A stretch of 64,000 bases of DNA from an uncultured delta proteobacterium (GCA_963841435.1 CAWJCS010000003.1:1024001-1088000), one strand, 5' to 3'. Shown: positions 49,747 through 59,959, counted from the stretch's first letter. Numbers and translations are program-made. Notes: generated by a model not told the origin, from the sequence alone.

Positions 49747-50172
49747 TCACTCTCGACCTGGAAGTTCCAGCGCCGCGCGACCCAGACGGGCGCGCAGCGC
49801 GTTGACGATACGAAGCACGCGGGGACGCGCGATGAGCCGGCGCTCGAGGCGCCGCTTGCCCGGAAAATCGAGCAGCACGATGCCGAGGACGATGGTGAGG
49901 ATCCCCTGCCCCGGCAGGATCAACATCAGAACCCCCGCGACGACGAGCACCGCTCCGAGCACGTTTTTCAGCACGCGCCGCGCCATCCCGAGCGGGCTCG
50001 CCGCGTCCGCCCGGGGCTCCTCGCGCACGAGGTAATTCGCGGGCAGCCGGGCGACAACGAGTGGCACGACGAGCGCGCCGAGCAAGAACGCCAGCCCCGA
50101 TAGCACGGCCAGGCCCTCGAGCCTCCCCGGGGTGAGGACGCTCCGAACGGCGACCAGGAGACGCTCGGGCAA
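49747..50172 (-). CDS. Small membrane protein (PGPGW-like)
   Basis: GVLMLILPGQGILTI...LDFPGKRRLE. Confidence 0.7.
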   Translation of the reverse strand: MPERLLVAVRSVLTPGRLEGLAVLSGLAFLLGALVVPLVVARLPANYLVREEPRADAASPLGMARRVLKNVLGAVLVVAGVLMLILPGQGILTIVLGIVLLDFPGKRRLERRLIARPRVLRIVNALRARLGRAALELPGRE

Positions 50173-51549
50173 TCAGCTTCGGCTGCCGCGGTGGGCTTTG
50201 GCGGCGGAAATGGCGGCGAGCGCCGCGCGAGCCTTGTTCCAAGTCTCCTTCGCCTCGAGCTCCGGACGACTGTCGGCGACGATGCCGGCCCCGGCGGTGA
50301 CCTCGAAGCGATCGTCGGCAATGACCACCGTGCGGATCGCGATGGCGAGGTCGAGATCGCTGCTGCGCGTCACGTAGCCGATGGCGCCTCCGTAAACGCC
50401 GCGTGGTCGGGTTTCGAGCTCGCGGATGATCTGCATGGCGCGCACCTTGGGCGCGCCGGTGAGCGTCCCCGCGGGGAAGGTGGCGCGGATGACGTCCCAG
50501 GCGCCGAGGTGCGGTGCGAGCTCGCCGCGCACCTCGCTCACGATGTGCATGACGTGACTGTAGCGCTCCACGAGCAGGCGCTCGGGCGTCGTGACGGTGC
50601 CCGCTTTGGCGACGCGGCCGACGTCGTTGCGGGCGAGGTCGATGAGCATGACGTGCTCGGCGCGCTCCTTCGGATCGGACAGCATTTCCTCGGCGAGGCG
50701 CGTGTCTTCGTCCGCCGTGCGACCGCGGCGCCGCGTGCCGGCAATCGGGCGAAGCGTGACCCCGCCGTGCTCCGAGCGCACCAGCGTTTCCGGGCTCGCG
50801 CCGGCGACGGCCACGGCCGGCGCGCCGGCGTGAGCCGGCAGCTCGAGCAGATACATGTACGGAGCGGGCGAGAGGACGCGCAACGCGCGATACACCTGGA
50901 AGGGGTCGGCGCCGCCCGTGGGGACCGAGAAGGTGCGCGCAGGAACGATCTGGAACGCGTCACCCGCGCGGATGTACTCCTTCGCTCGCTCGACGGCGAC
51001 ACCGTACTCCTGGTCGCTCATCGTGACGTCGATGCCCGCCGGCATGGCCGTCGGGTCCGGCGGCGCCACCAGATCGAGCCCGGGCGCCGACACGAGGTCG
51101 TGCTCCGCCCGCTCGAGATCGGCCTGATCCGGCGCGGCGATCACGGCCGTGTGCTCGAGGTTGTCGAACACCACCACGGTGAAGTCCCGCATCAAGCGCG
51201 CCACGGGGCGACGATCGGAATCCGGCCAGGGCTCGACCTTCGTCGCATAGTGGACGATGTCGTACGGGATCATGCCGACGGCGGCGCGCGCGAAGCGGGT
51301 CGCGACGTCCGCGTCGGGCGGCTCACCCGTCGTGAACGCCTCGGACAGCCGCGTGAAGGGATCCACGCCCCGCTCGCCGTAGTGGGTGATGAGGGCGCGC
51401 GGCCGATACCCGAGAATCGAGTAGCGGCCCCAGCGCTCGCCGGGCACGACGCTCTCCAGCAAGAAAGAGCCGGCGTCGGAACGATTGCGAAGCCCCTGGT
51501 AGGCACCTACCGGGGTAAGCCCGTCGACGACCAGGGTCTTCTTGTGCAT
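50173..51549 (-). CDS. trpE: Anthranilate synthase component I
   Basis: FLLES, GRYS, GDAFQIV, ASPE, IAGTR, AEHVMLIDLARND and GAPKVRAM. Confidence 0.9.
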   Translation of the reverse strand: MHKKTLVVDGLTPVGAYQGLRNRSDAGSFLLESVVPGERWGRYSILGYRPRALITHYGERGVDPFTRLSEAFTTGEPPDADVATRFARAAVGMIPYDIVHYATKVEPWPDSDRRPVARLMRDFTVVVFDNLEHTAVIAAPDQADLERAEHDLVSAPGLDLVAPPDPTAMPAGIDVTMSDQEYGVAVERAKEYIRAGDAFQIVPARTFSVPTGGADPFQVYRALRVLSPAPYMYLLELPAHAGAPAVAVAGASPETLVRSEHGGVTLRPIAGTRRRGRTADEDTRLAEEMLSDPKERAEHVMLIDLARNDVGRVAKAGTVTTPERLLVERYSHVMHIVSEVRGELAPHLGAWDVIRATFPAGTLTGAPKVRAMQIIRELETRPRGVYGGAIGYVTRSSDLDLAIAIRTVVIADDRFEVTAGAGIVADSRPELEAKETWNKARAALAAISAAKAHRGSRS

Positions 51550-51691
51550 CGGCCCCGGCAATCCTTATGCGCCGCGCGCGAGCTGTCCACTGTCGTAGCG
51601 GCCGGCGGCAAGCCGGCTCGGCGGAAAGTCGAGCCCCTGCGAGTCTCCTGTTCCCTGCTGGCACTGGCGGCTCTAGCCTGCGAGTTCCATC

Positions 51692-53077
51692 ATGAAGGAA
51701 AGCTCGCTGACTTCCAGTGCGGCGCTCGCGGCGTTCTCCGAGCAATTCGTCGAAGGCCGCCGTGCGCTCGTCTTCGGCAGCTCGCTGTCCGCGGTACCTC
51801 GGCTGCTCATAGAACGGGGCGCGCGCATCGTGCAGGTCTGCGACCCGGTGCCCTCGCGCGTCGAGGAGGCGACGACACGCCTCGCCGCTCCTGGGCTCGC
51901 CTTCGCCACCTTCGCCGACGAGCTCTTGCAGTCGCGCGAGGGCGGTTTCGACTTCGTGCTCGTGGAGCACCTCGGTGCGTTCGACGCGCGCACGGTGGTG
52001 ACGCGCGCGAAGCGCCTGCTCGCGGCCCGCGGGGTCGCGCTGTTCGCCACGCCGAACCGCGAGTGCACGGCGCCCCTCTTGCCCGCGCCCGAGCCCGGCG
52101 CCGCCCCGCTCGACTACTACGCGCTCTACGATCTCGTGGCCTCCGAGTTCGAGCACGTGCGCATGCTGGGCCAGGCACCGTTCGTCGGGTATGCCGTCGT
52201 GGACTTCGCGCCCGAGGGCAACCCCGACCCGGTCATCGACAGCGAGCTCGTGCCGCGCGGCAGTGAGGAGCCCGAGCTCTTCGTCGCTGTCGCGAGCCGT
52301 CATCGGGCGAGCGTGATGGGCTACACGGTGATTCAGCTTCCCATGCACCGTGTGCTATCGCGCCAGGCTTCGACGCAAAAAGCCGGGCCGCCCGCGCCCG
52401 TGCGCGAGCTGCGCGCGCCGGCCGAGGTCGATGCGCGGCTCGCGCGTCAGGAAGCCTGGATCCGCGAGCTCGAATCCCGTGCCGAGACAGCGGACGCACG
52501 TGCCGATGCGGCCGAGGAGCGCGCCGAAGAGATCGAGCGCGAGCTCGAGGCGGCGCGCAGCGACACGCGGGCCGGCGGCGAGGCCCAGCGCGCGCTCGCG
52601 CAGGCCAACGCGCGTATTGCCGAGCTGGCGCGAAAGCCCGACGAGCGTCCCGCGCTCGCGGCACGCATCGCCGAGCTCGAGGCGCTCCTCGTGGAGCGCG
52701 AGGCCACGCTGCGCAAGCGCGACGTTGCCGTCGCCGATCGCGACCGCGCGATCACCGAGCGCGACCAGCGCATCACCGAGCTCGAAATCAGCGCGACTCC
52801 GGACTCGGTCGACGACCTTGCGCGGCACGAAGAGCAGCTCGTCGAGCGCGGGGTGGCGCTGCGTCGTCTCGAGCGTGAGCTCGCCGAGGCCGAACGCGTG
52901 GGCCGCGAGCTGGTCGCCGAGCTCGAGCGCGCGCGCCGGCCCGACCGAGCGACGGCATCGGCGCTTTCCGAGCTCGGCGCGCGGCTCGCGCGGAGCGAAG
53001 CCGACCGGCAGGCGCTCAGCTGGTTTTCAGGCTTGCCGGGGCACGGCGGCGGGCAGCCCGGGCCGCCGACGGGGTGA
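51692..53077 (+). CDS. Methyltransferase-like N-terminal domain plus long coiled coil
   Basis: Rossmann-like FDFVLV...ATPN segment followed by E/R/A-rich heptads. Confidence 0.6.
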   Translation: MKESSLTSSAALAAFSEQFVEGRRALVFGSSLSAVPRLLIERGARIVQVCDPVPSRVEEATTRLAAPGLAFATFADELLQSREGGFDFVLVEHLGAFDARTVVTRAKRLLAARGVALFATPNRECTAPLLPAPEPGAAPLDYYALYDLVASEFEHVRMLGQAPFVGYAVVDFAPEGNPDPVIDSELVPRGSEEPELFVAVASRHRASVMGYTVIQLPMHRVLSRQASTQKAGPPAPVRELRAPAEVDARLARQEAWIRELESRAETADARADAAEERAEEIERELEAARSDTRAGGEAQRALAQANARIAELARKPDERPALAARIAELEALLVEREATLRKRDVAVADRDRAITERDQRITELEISATPDSVDDLARHEEQLVERGVALRRLERELAEAERVGRELVAELERARRPDRATASALSELGARLARSEADRQALSWFSGLPGHGGGQPGPPTG

Positions 53078-53137
53078 GCCGGCCCTCGACCACGCCTCGG
53101 CCAAAAGGCCGGCCGTGCCGGCTGGCGCTCGCTCGCG

Positions 53138-53165
53138 TTGACAGCGCGAAAGGAAGTCTTACCTT
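53138..53165 (+). promoter_or_regulatory. Sigma-70-type promoter upstream of dnaJ
   Basis: TTGACA-N16-TACCTT. Confidence 0.6.
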
Positions 53166-53195
53166 GGCCGGCGGCGTGTGCCGAGCCCAGCAAAC

Positions 53196-54287
53196 ATGAG
53201 CCAGAAGCGGGACTATTACGAGGTGCTCTGCGTCGCCCGAGAGGCCTCGGCCGACGAAATCAAGCGGGCATACCGGCAGGCCGCGCTCAAGCACCACCCC
53301 GACCGCAACCCCGGGGACACCGCGGCCGAAAGCCGTTTCAAGGAGGCCACCGAGGCGTACACGGTGCTTTCCGACACCACGAAGCGGGGCCAGTACGACC
53401 GTTTCGGCCACCAGGGAGTGCAGGGCGGGTTCGATTTCGAGGGAGCCGGCGTCGGCGACATCCTGAGCCAATTCCAGGAGATGTTCGCCGATTTCTTCGG
53501 CGGGTTCGGGGGCGGCTTCGGGGGACAGCAGCGCCGACGCACCGCGCGCGGCCAGGACGTGCGCGTCCACGCAAGCCTCACGCTCGCGGACACAATGGTC
53601 GGCGGCAAGCACGAGGTCGCGATTCGAGGCCAGGCCCCCTGCGAGACATGCGCGGGCTCCGGCGCGAGCCCCGGGACGACCCCAGAGACGTGCTCGGCCT
53701 GCCGGGGCACGGGACAGGTGACGGCGCAGCGCGGCTTCATCATGTTCTCGAGCACGTGCGCGCGCTGCCGCGGCAGTGGTCGCGTCGTCGCGAGCCCCTG
53801 CGAAACCTGCTCGGGCCGAGGCAACGTCGAGCGCCAGCGCAAGGTGCTCGTGAGCTTCCCGCCGGGCATCGACACGGGGCATCGCTTGCGCGTTCCGGGT
53901 CAAGGCATGCCGGGCCCCGCGGGCGCGCCCCCTGGGGATCTTTACGTCAACGTCGAGATGGAGGCACACGAGCGCTTCGAGCGTCACGGGGACGATCTCG
54001 CCGTGCGCGTGGACCTGTCCTTTTCCGAGGCGGCGCTCGGAACGAAGGTCGAGCTGACGCTGCCGGACGACGCCGTGGTGACGGCGTCGATTCCGGGTGG
54101 CACTCAGCCGAACTCCATCGTCACCGTGAAGGGCAAGGGCGTGCCGCTCCTGCACGAATCGGGTCGCGGCGACTTGCACGTCGTGGTCGCCGTTTCGGTC
54201 CCAACGCGGCTCAGCAAGCGCGCCAAGAAGCTGCTCGAGGAGCTCGACGTAGAGCTACGCGGCGATAGCCAGCGGGCCTCCGGCTAG
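53196..54287 (+). CDS. dnaJ: Chaperone DnaJ
   Basis: KRDYYEVL, HPDRN, G/F region and four CxxCxGxG repeats. Confidence 0.97.
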   Translation: MSQKRDYYEVLCVAREASADEIKRAYRQAALKHHPDRNPGDTAAESRFKEATEAYTVLSDTTKRGQYDRFGHQGVQGGFDFEGAGVGDILSQFQEMFADFFGGFGGGFGGQQRRRTARGQDVRVHASLTLADTMVGGKHEVAIRGQAPCETCAGSGASPGTTPETCSACRGTGQVTAQRGFIMFSSTCARCRGSGRVVASPCETCSGRGNVERQRKVLVSFPPGIDTGHRLRVPGQGMPGPAGAPPGDLYVNVEMEAHERFERHGDDLAVRVDLSFSEAALGTKVELTLPDDAVVTASIPGGTQPNSIVTVKGKGVPLLHESGRGDLHVVVAVSVPTRLSKRAKKLLEELDVELRGDSQRASG

Positions 54288-54335
54288 AGCCCGCGGCGCG
54301 GCTTCGACGAGCCGTTGGCGGACCCCGGGCACCGC

Positions 54336-55655
54336 TCAGTCGAGCGTCCGCGCAAAGCGCTTTTCGAGCTCGAGCAGGCTCGCCAGCGTCGCGTCGAAGG
54401 GCGAGCTTTCCCCGGGCGCCTGCGCGAGGAAACGCTCGAGCGCGGGCATGGCGGCTATCGCGAGATCGAGCCGCGCGTCGCTGCCCGATGCGTAGGCGCC
54501 GAGCGTCACGAGGTCGCGTTTGTCCTCGAACGTGCCGAGCAGCGTGCGAAGGCGGCGCGCGGCTCGCCGATGCTCCGGCGTCACGACCCGGTCCGCCACG
54601 CGCGACACCGAGCGCGTCACGTCGATGGCGGGGTAGCGGCCGCGCGCGGCCACGGCGCGGTCGAGCACGACGTGCCCGTCGAGGATGCCGCGCACCTCGT
54701 CGGCGATGGGCTCGTCCATGTCGTCGCCTTCGACGAGCACGGTGTAAATGGCCGTGATCGCGCCGCTCGGGCCTTGCCCCGTGCGCTCGAGCAGTCGCGG
54801 GAGCATGGCGAACACGCTCGGCGGATAGCCGCGACGCGCAGGTGGCTCACCCGCGGCGAGCCCGATCTCGCGTTGCGCACGCGCGATGCGCGTCACCGAA
54901 TCGAGCAAGAAGAGCACGTTCTGCCCGGCGTCGCGGAACGACTCGGCGATGGCCGTCGCGACGTGCGCAGCGCGCAGACGCTCGACGGGCGGCGCGTCGC
55001 TCGTCGCGGCCACGACGACGGCACGGCTCCTGCCCGCCTCGCCGAGCGACTGCTCGAGGAACTCGGAGACCTCGCGCCCACGCTCTCCGATGAGCGCGAC
55101 CACGATGACGTCGGCGACCGCGGCGCGCGCGATCGAGCCGAGCAGGGTGCTCTTGCCGACACCCGAGCCCGCGAAGAGCCCCACGCGCTGGCCGATGCCG
55201 AGCGTGAGCAGCGCGTCGATGGCGCGGACGCCGGTCGCGAACGGCTCGCTCACGGGGCGTCGGCCGAGCGCTCGCGGGGGCTCCCGGTCCACGGGCGCGG
55301 CCCGGAGGCCACGCGGCAGCGGCTGGCCGTCGAGCGGGCGCCCGAGGCCGTCCAGAACGCGGCCGACCAGGCCCGGCCCGACCCCAACCTCGAGCCCGCC
55401 ACCAAGCGCCTCGACCGAGTCGTCCGGGCCGATCCCCGAGAGCTCCCCGAGCGGCAGGGCCATGGCCTCCCCTTCGGCGAAGCTCACCACTTCGGCGGGC
55501 AGGGCGCCGCCCCGCCCGCGCACGACGACCAGATCTCCGATCTTGGCGCCAGGCACCCGTACGCGAACGAGGAGCCCGGTGACCCCTACGACCCGCCCCG
55601 TAGGGCGCAGCGTCGGAGTCGACGCAAGCCGCGCGCGGAGCGCGTCGAGGTCCAC
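54336..55655 (-). CDS. FliI/YscN (SctN) family type III export ATPase
   Basis: GQRVGLFAGSGVGKSTLLG, LIGERGREV, LDSVTR, GEPPARRGYPPSVF and GILDGH. Confidence 0.9.
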   Translation of the reverse strand: MDLDALRARLASTPTLRPTGRVVGVTGLLVRVRVPGAKIGDLVVVRGRGGALPAEVVSFAEGEAMALPLGELSGIGPDDSVEALGGGLEVGVGPGLVGRVLDGLGRPLDGQPLPRGLRAAPVDREPPRALGRRPVSEPFATGVRAIDALLTLGIGQRVGLFAGSGVGKSTLLGSIARAAVADVIVVALIGERGREVSEFLEQSLGEAGRSRAVVVAATSDAPPVERLRAAHVATAIAESFRDAGQNVLFLLDSVTRIARAQREIGLAAGEPPARRGYPPSVFAMLPRLLERTGQGPSGAITAIYTVLVEGDDMDEPIADEVRGILDGHVVLDRAVAARGRYPAIDVTRSVSRVADRVVTPEHRRAARRLRTLLGTFEDKRDLVTLGAYASGSDARLDLAIAAMPALERFLAQAPGESSPFDATLASLLELEKRFARTLD

Positions 55656-55733
55656 GGCCCGAGGGTACCAGCCGCCCCCGAAATCGCGCAGACAGATTTG
55701 CCCACGCTCGACCGGAGGTGCCACGCTGTCGGC

Positions 55734-56399
55734 GTGCGCATCCCAAGCACCCTCGCGCTCCTTTTCGTCTGCGCCTGCCAGGCGTCCGTGCAGGGCAACG
55801 CCAATGTGAGCACCCAGGCCGGTGGCGACGCCGATCTCGAGGCCCAGATCCAGTCGGAGCGGGCGACGGGACCGGGCGGTTCATCGGCGGACGGCGGGAC
55901 GATCCCCGAGGCGGGAACGGCGTTGCTCGGCGCGCGGCGCGACCTCACGCTTGCGAGCGGGCAGGGCTCGACCAAGTGCTCGTGCCTCAGGGTGGCGTTG
56001 GGCGGGGTCGGCTCGGACGCTTTCCGATGGAAGGCGGCCGCGCCGGCCGTCGACCCGAAAACCCAGCTCGTCATCGGGCTGAGCTCGGAAGGCGCCGGCT
56101 GCCCCAACGACAAGGGAAGCGCCGGGGCCTCCTACTGGGGCTACAAGCGCTCGGGAGACAATATTTTAGTGTACGTGGAAAATGCCATCAAGGACCGCCC
56201 CATCGTGGCGGGCGGCATCATTCCGAAGCCGTTTGGCGCAGGCCAGGTCTTCCTCGGGCCCATCAAGGGCTCGCCTTACGGCAAGACTTCCGACGGCAAG
56301 GGAAACTGCAAGGTCGGCAACCCGGGAGCGGCGAGAACGTCACCCGTGAGCCCTTCGGAGGACGGCGAGAGCCCCGAAGAGGCGCCCACAGACGGCTGA
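55734..56399 (+). CDS. Hypothetical lipoprotein
   Basis: Lipobox VCAC; coding-like composition. Confidence 0.65.
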   Translation: MRIPSTLALLFVCACQASVQGNANVSTQAGGDADLEAQIQSERATGPGGSSADGGTIPEAGTALLGARRDLTLASGQGSTKCSCLRVALGGVGSDAFRWKAAAPAVDPKTQLVIGLSSEGAGCPNDKGSAGASYWGYKRSGDNILVYVENAIKDRPIVAGGIIPKPFGAGQVFLGPIKGSPYGKTSDGKGNCKVGNPGAARTSPVSPSEDGESPEEAPTDG

Positions 56400-56492
56400 T
56401 CGCGAGCCGAAACGCCCCGCTCGCGGGCACTATTGGGCACTCGGCCCCCAATCTCGAAACATCCTCCAGGATCTTGTCGTAGACTATGGATA

Positions 56493-56549
56493 GGCGCGGC
56501 CGAGTTGAGCACCACCCCCCTCCCCCCACCAAGTGCCCTCGGTCGCGCC
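56493..56549. other. Intergenic stem-loop with a C-rich loop (candidate sRNA or terminator)
   Basis: GGCGCGGCCGAG pairs with CTCGGTCGCGCC and GCAC with GTGC, around the loop CACCCCCCTCCCCCCACCAA. Confidence 0.5.
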
Positions 56550-56601
56550 GCTAACGTTGCGGCGGGGTGAGTGACGGCGGTGTGTCGCGGCATGGCATTG
56601 C

Positions 56602-57576
56602 TCACCAGGCGAAGGCCTCGGGCGACGTCTTGTACGGTGGGAAGATCTCGTCGAGCCTCGTGAGCGTCGCTGCGTCGAGCTCGACCTCGAGCGCGCGCAC
56701 CGAGCTTTCGAGCTGCTCCATCGTTCGCGGACCGACGATCGGCGCACTCACCTGAGGGCGCGACGCGACCCAGGCGAGCGCTATGTCCGCCGGCTCGCGC
56801 CCGAGCTCGCGACAGAGCCCTTCGTAGCGCTCGAGCGTGGGGCCGTGCTTGCCGAGCTCCCGCTTCGCGTACTCGCTCTCGCGCCGGGGGTTCTGCGCCT
56901 CCCCGCGGCGCCCGGAGCGTGAGAGTAGACCCCCTGCGAGTGGGCTGTAGGGAACGAGCCCGATGCCGTAGTGCTGAGCGGCGGGGACGACCTCCATCTC
57001 GACCTGCCGCGTGAGGAGATTGTACTTGCACTGCTCGGAGACGAGCCCCAAAAACGAGCGCCGTCGCGCGCTCTCGGAGGCTGCGGCGAGGTGCCAACCG
57101 GCGTGGTTCGACGAGCCCACGTAGAGCACCTTGCCCTGCTGCACGAGCACCTCCATCGCCTGCCAGATCTCGTCCCAGGGTGTCACGCGATCGACGTGAT
57201 GCATCTGGTAGAGGTCGATGAAGTCGGTATTCAGCCGCCTCAGGCTGTCCTCGCATGCGCGCCGGATCGAGAGGGCCGAAAGCCGACTCTGGTTCGGCCA
57301 CTTTCCCATTTCTCCGTAAACCTTGGTCGCGAGCACGACCTTCTCGCGACGCCCGCCGCCCTGCAGAAAGTAGCGTCCGATGATGCGCTCGGTGATCCCC
57401 TCGCCGATCTTCCAACCGTAGACGTTCGCGGTATCGAAGAAATTCAGCCCGAGCTCGAGCGCCCTATCCATGATCGCGAACGAGTCGGACTCGCTCGTGT
57501 GGGGCCCGAAATTCATCGTGCCGAGGCAAAGGCGGCTCACTTTCAAGCCTGTACGACCGAGCTGCGTCAGTTCCAT
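56602..57576 (-). CDS. Aldo/keto reductase
   Basis: LCLGTMNFG, DTANVYG, IDLYQMH, YVGSSN and YSPLAGG; SD AAGGAGG. Confidence 0.95.
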   Translation of the reverse strand: MELTQLGRTGLKVSRLCLGTMNFGPHTSESDSFAIMDRALELGLNFFDTANVYGWKIGEGITERIIGRYFLQGGGRREKVVLATKVYGEMGKWPNQSRLSALSIRRACEDSLRRLNTDFIDLYQMHHVDRVTPWDEIWQAMEVLVQQGKVLYVGSSNHAGWHLAAASESARRRSFLGLVSEQCKYNLLTRQVEMEVVPAAQHYGIGLVPYSPLAGGLLSRSGRRGEAQNPRRESEYAKRELGKHGPTLERYEGLCRELGREPADIALAWVASRPQVSAPIVGPRTMEQLESSVRALEVELDAATLTRLDEIFPPYKTSPEAFAW

Positions 57577-57639
57577 GTGGCGCTCCTCCTTCGGGGAACT
57601 GTTGGATCGTTCGCGACCGCCGCGCCAGAGAAAATCGCG

Positions 57640-58716
57640 TCAGCGGCGGTGCGCCCGGAACAGCCGAAAATCGTGACCCTCGGCGGCCCCCCCGTCGGAC
57701 ACGAAGACGAGGTCGCAGAGATCGCGCGAGAAGCTCGGATCGCTCTCACTCGATTCGTCGCTCGTTTGGTTGACGTCGCCGAGCGGGGCGGCCGGCGTGA
57801 GTGGCCGACCCGTGCTCGCGTCGAGCGCCACGGCGTAGAGATCGGTGGCGGCGCCATCGACGGGCAGGCAGCCGGAATCGAGCGCCGGCGCGCGCAGCAG
57901 CATCAAGTTGCCGCTCGGCGTGACCCAGGGCGTCGCGTCGTCGCCCGTGCGGGGGCAAGTCGTCGTGCCGTCGCGCGCGAGAAGCGTCACGTCGAGGACA
58001 TCGTCGTTGCCGCTGCCGAAGGTGCCGGTCCTGAGTGACGGCCCGCCGTCACGCGTGCTCATCCAATAGGCGCGCCGCGTGCTCGAAGCGACCGCCACGC
58101 TGTAGGTGTCGAACCCGCCGGGGCTCAGCGGGGAGCTCAGCGACGCAACGTTACCGAGCGTGCTGCCGTCCCAGCTTGCCGAGCGTACGACGAGCTGCGC
58201 GTCGGTCGCCTCGCCGAACACTGCGTCGAACGAAAGGCTCCCGGGATTGTCGAGGTAGAGCAACGCGAGGCGCGACGGGTCCTGCGCGTCGCCGATCGGA
58301 GCGCTCGCCTGTCCAAGAACGTCCGCCGAGTACCAGAGCTCGGAGCGCTGCGCGGTCGCGACGGTGTAAAAAAGCGATGCAGCGGGTCCGCCCTGGCGAG
58401 GGAAGCGGAGGTCGGCCGAGGGGTGATCCAAGAACATCTGGGGCGCGTCGAACTGAATGCTCGAGAGGTCCGAGCAGTCCCGACAGCTGCCGCCGCGGCA
58501 GTACTGGCCGACCGCGCACGAGCACGACGGCGCGCCCGCCCCGCCGGAGCCCGCCCCGCCTGCACCCGCCCCGGCGCTTCCGCCGCCTCCGAGCCCGCCA
58601 CCCGAGGTCCCCGAGCTCCCCGAGCCGCCCCCGTCCGACGCGGCGCCGAAGCGGCTGGTGCCGCAACCTAGCGCGCCGAGGAGCGCGAGGAGCGCGGACG
58701 CCACGCCGGGTCGCAT
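57640..58716 (-). CDS. Lipoprotein with Gly/Ser tether and possible TolB/PD40-like propeller
   Basis: Lipobox ALGC; DATPWVTPSG and ESDPSFSRDLCDLVFVSD. Confidence 0.6.
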   Translation of the reverse strand: MRPGVASALLALLGALGCGTSRFGAASDGGGSGSSGTSGGGLGGGGSAGAGAGGAGSGGAGAPSCSCAVGQYCRGGSCRDCSDLSSIQFDAPQMFLDHPSADLRFPRQGGPAASLFYTVATAQRSELWYSADVLGQASAPIGDAQDPSRLALLYLDNPGSLSFDAVFGEATDAQLVVRSASWDGSTLGNVASLSSPLSPGGFDTYSVAVASSTRRAYWMSTRDGGPSLRTGTFGSGNDDVLDVTLLARDGTTTCPRTGDDATPWVTPSGNLMLLRAPALDSGCLPVDGAATDLYAVALDASTGRPLTPAAPLGDVNQTSDESSESDPSFSRDLCDLVFVSDGGAAEGHDFRLFRAHRR

Positions 58717-58774
58717 CCCACCAAGTGTCCGGGAATCCGAGCGGGGAGGCAATGAGGAAGGCCTGCTCGGCCGT

Positions 58775-59959
58775 ATGCTCGAGGCACGGCGCTTGACCTT
58801 CGATGTGCTCTTTGCTTGGCTCTCGCGCCGGGAGAAGGCACTGTTGGTGATCGGTTCCGACCAAACATCGGGAGGCGGTTCGGAAGGATCGCCCCCACCC
58901 CAGGCACCGCTGCCTGCGCCAATCCCGAGCGAACCTCCCGCGGCGCCCGCGCCCGCGCTTGCGAAACGACCGGGGGCAGTGCGACGGACCTGGGAGTGGT
59001 TCTGGCGGGGACGGGCGATGGCCGAGGTCAAGGCGCAGCGAGGGCTCGGGACCGCGCGCGCCGCGGAGCTTTTGCGGCGCGGTTGGTCGGCGCTCGAGGT
59101 TGCCAAGCGGACGCTCGATCCGCCGGTCCGCTTCACGGACGGCCCGGCTGACGCCGTCGCTTGGGAGGTCGCGCGTCAGGCCGTGTATTGGGGGCTGCGC
59201 GCAGCGCTCCTTTCGCGAACCGGCGAGGACGATGCTGTCTCGCCGAACGACCTGCCGAAGCTCTTCGCTCAGTCACGCGAGCGGTGCCTAGCGGCCGCGG
59301 GCGACGACGCCGAGCTCGCCGCGATCGAAGCGATGCTGTCGGGTCATAGCTACGCCGACTTCGGTGATTTGCCGCCGGAAGAGCAGGGCCGGAGCTCGCG
59401 CAAGCTCACCGCCTTCGCGAGCGCGCTGCTCAAGGGCATCGAGGCGCCACGCGTACGGCTCGATCGCTTCTGGTTCCAGCGCCTGACGCGCATGAGCCTC
59501 GTCGTCGCGCTCGTGGGTGGCATCGTGGGCGGTGTCGTCTGGACGCGCAGCTTACAAGAGAGGCGTCGTGACATCGCGCGCGGCAAGGAATGGCGTGCGA
59601 GCTCGGCGTTTCCGGGCATCACGCCGTGCGCGTCGCCCGCGCAGGAGTGCACCGAGAGCCCGTTCTTCTTTTTCCACACGCTCGACGAAGACAAACCCTG
59701 GATCGAGATCGACCTCGGTAGCAAGCAGCGCTTCACGGGCACGCGCATCGTCAATCGCGAGGACTGCTGCGCCGATCGCGCGGTGCCGCTCGCGGTCGAG
59801 GTGAGCAGCGATCACAAGAGCTGGCGCGAGGTGGCTCGCCGCACCGAGGTGTTCGGCGACTGGAAGGCATCGTTCAACCCGGTCAGCGCGCGCTGGGTGC
59901 GCGTGCGCACGCTCAAGCGCGCCACGCTGCACCTGCACCGCGTGATGATCCTGCGCTAG
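58775..59959 (+). CDS. Membrane protein with C-terminal discoidin (F5/8 type C)-like domain
   Basis: TM helix then ASS, FHT..EDKPWIEIDLG, NREDCC, VEVSSD and ARWVRV; start uncertain. Confidence 0.75.
   Translation: MLEARRLTFDVLFAWLSRREKALLVIGSDQTSGGGSEGSPPPQAPLPAPIPSEPPAAPAPALAKRPGAVRRTWEWFWRGRAMAEVKAQRGLGTARAAELLRRGWSALEVAKRTLDPPVRFTDGPADAVAWEVARQAVYWGLRAALLSRTGEDDAVSPNDLPKLFAQSRERCLAAAGDDAELAAIEAMLSGHSYADFGDLPPEEQGRSSRKLTAFASALLKGIEAPRVRLDRFWFQRLTRMSLVVALVGGIVGGVVWTRSLQERRRDIARGKEWRASSAFPGITPCASPAQECTESPFFFFHTLDEDKPWIEIDLGSKQRFTGTRIVNREDCCADRAVPLAVEVSSDHKSWREVARRTEVFGDWKASFNPVSARWVRVRTLKRATLHLHRVMILR

Noticed and set aside
53122-53148. Possible CIRCE element before dnaJ
   Set aside because: The left arm CTGGCGCTC is a partial match and the right arm matches GAGTGCTAA poorly
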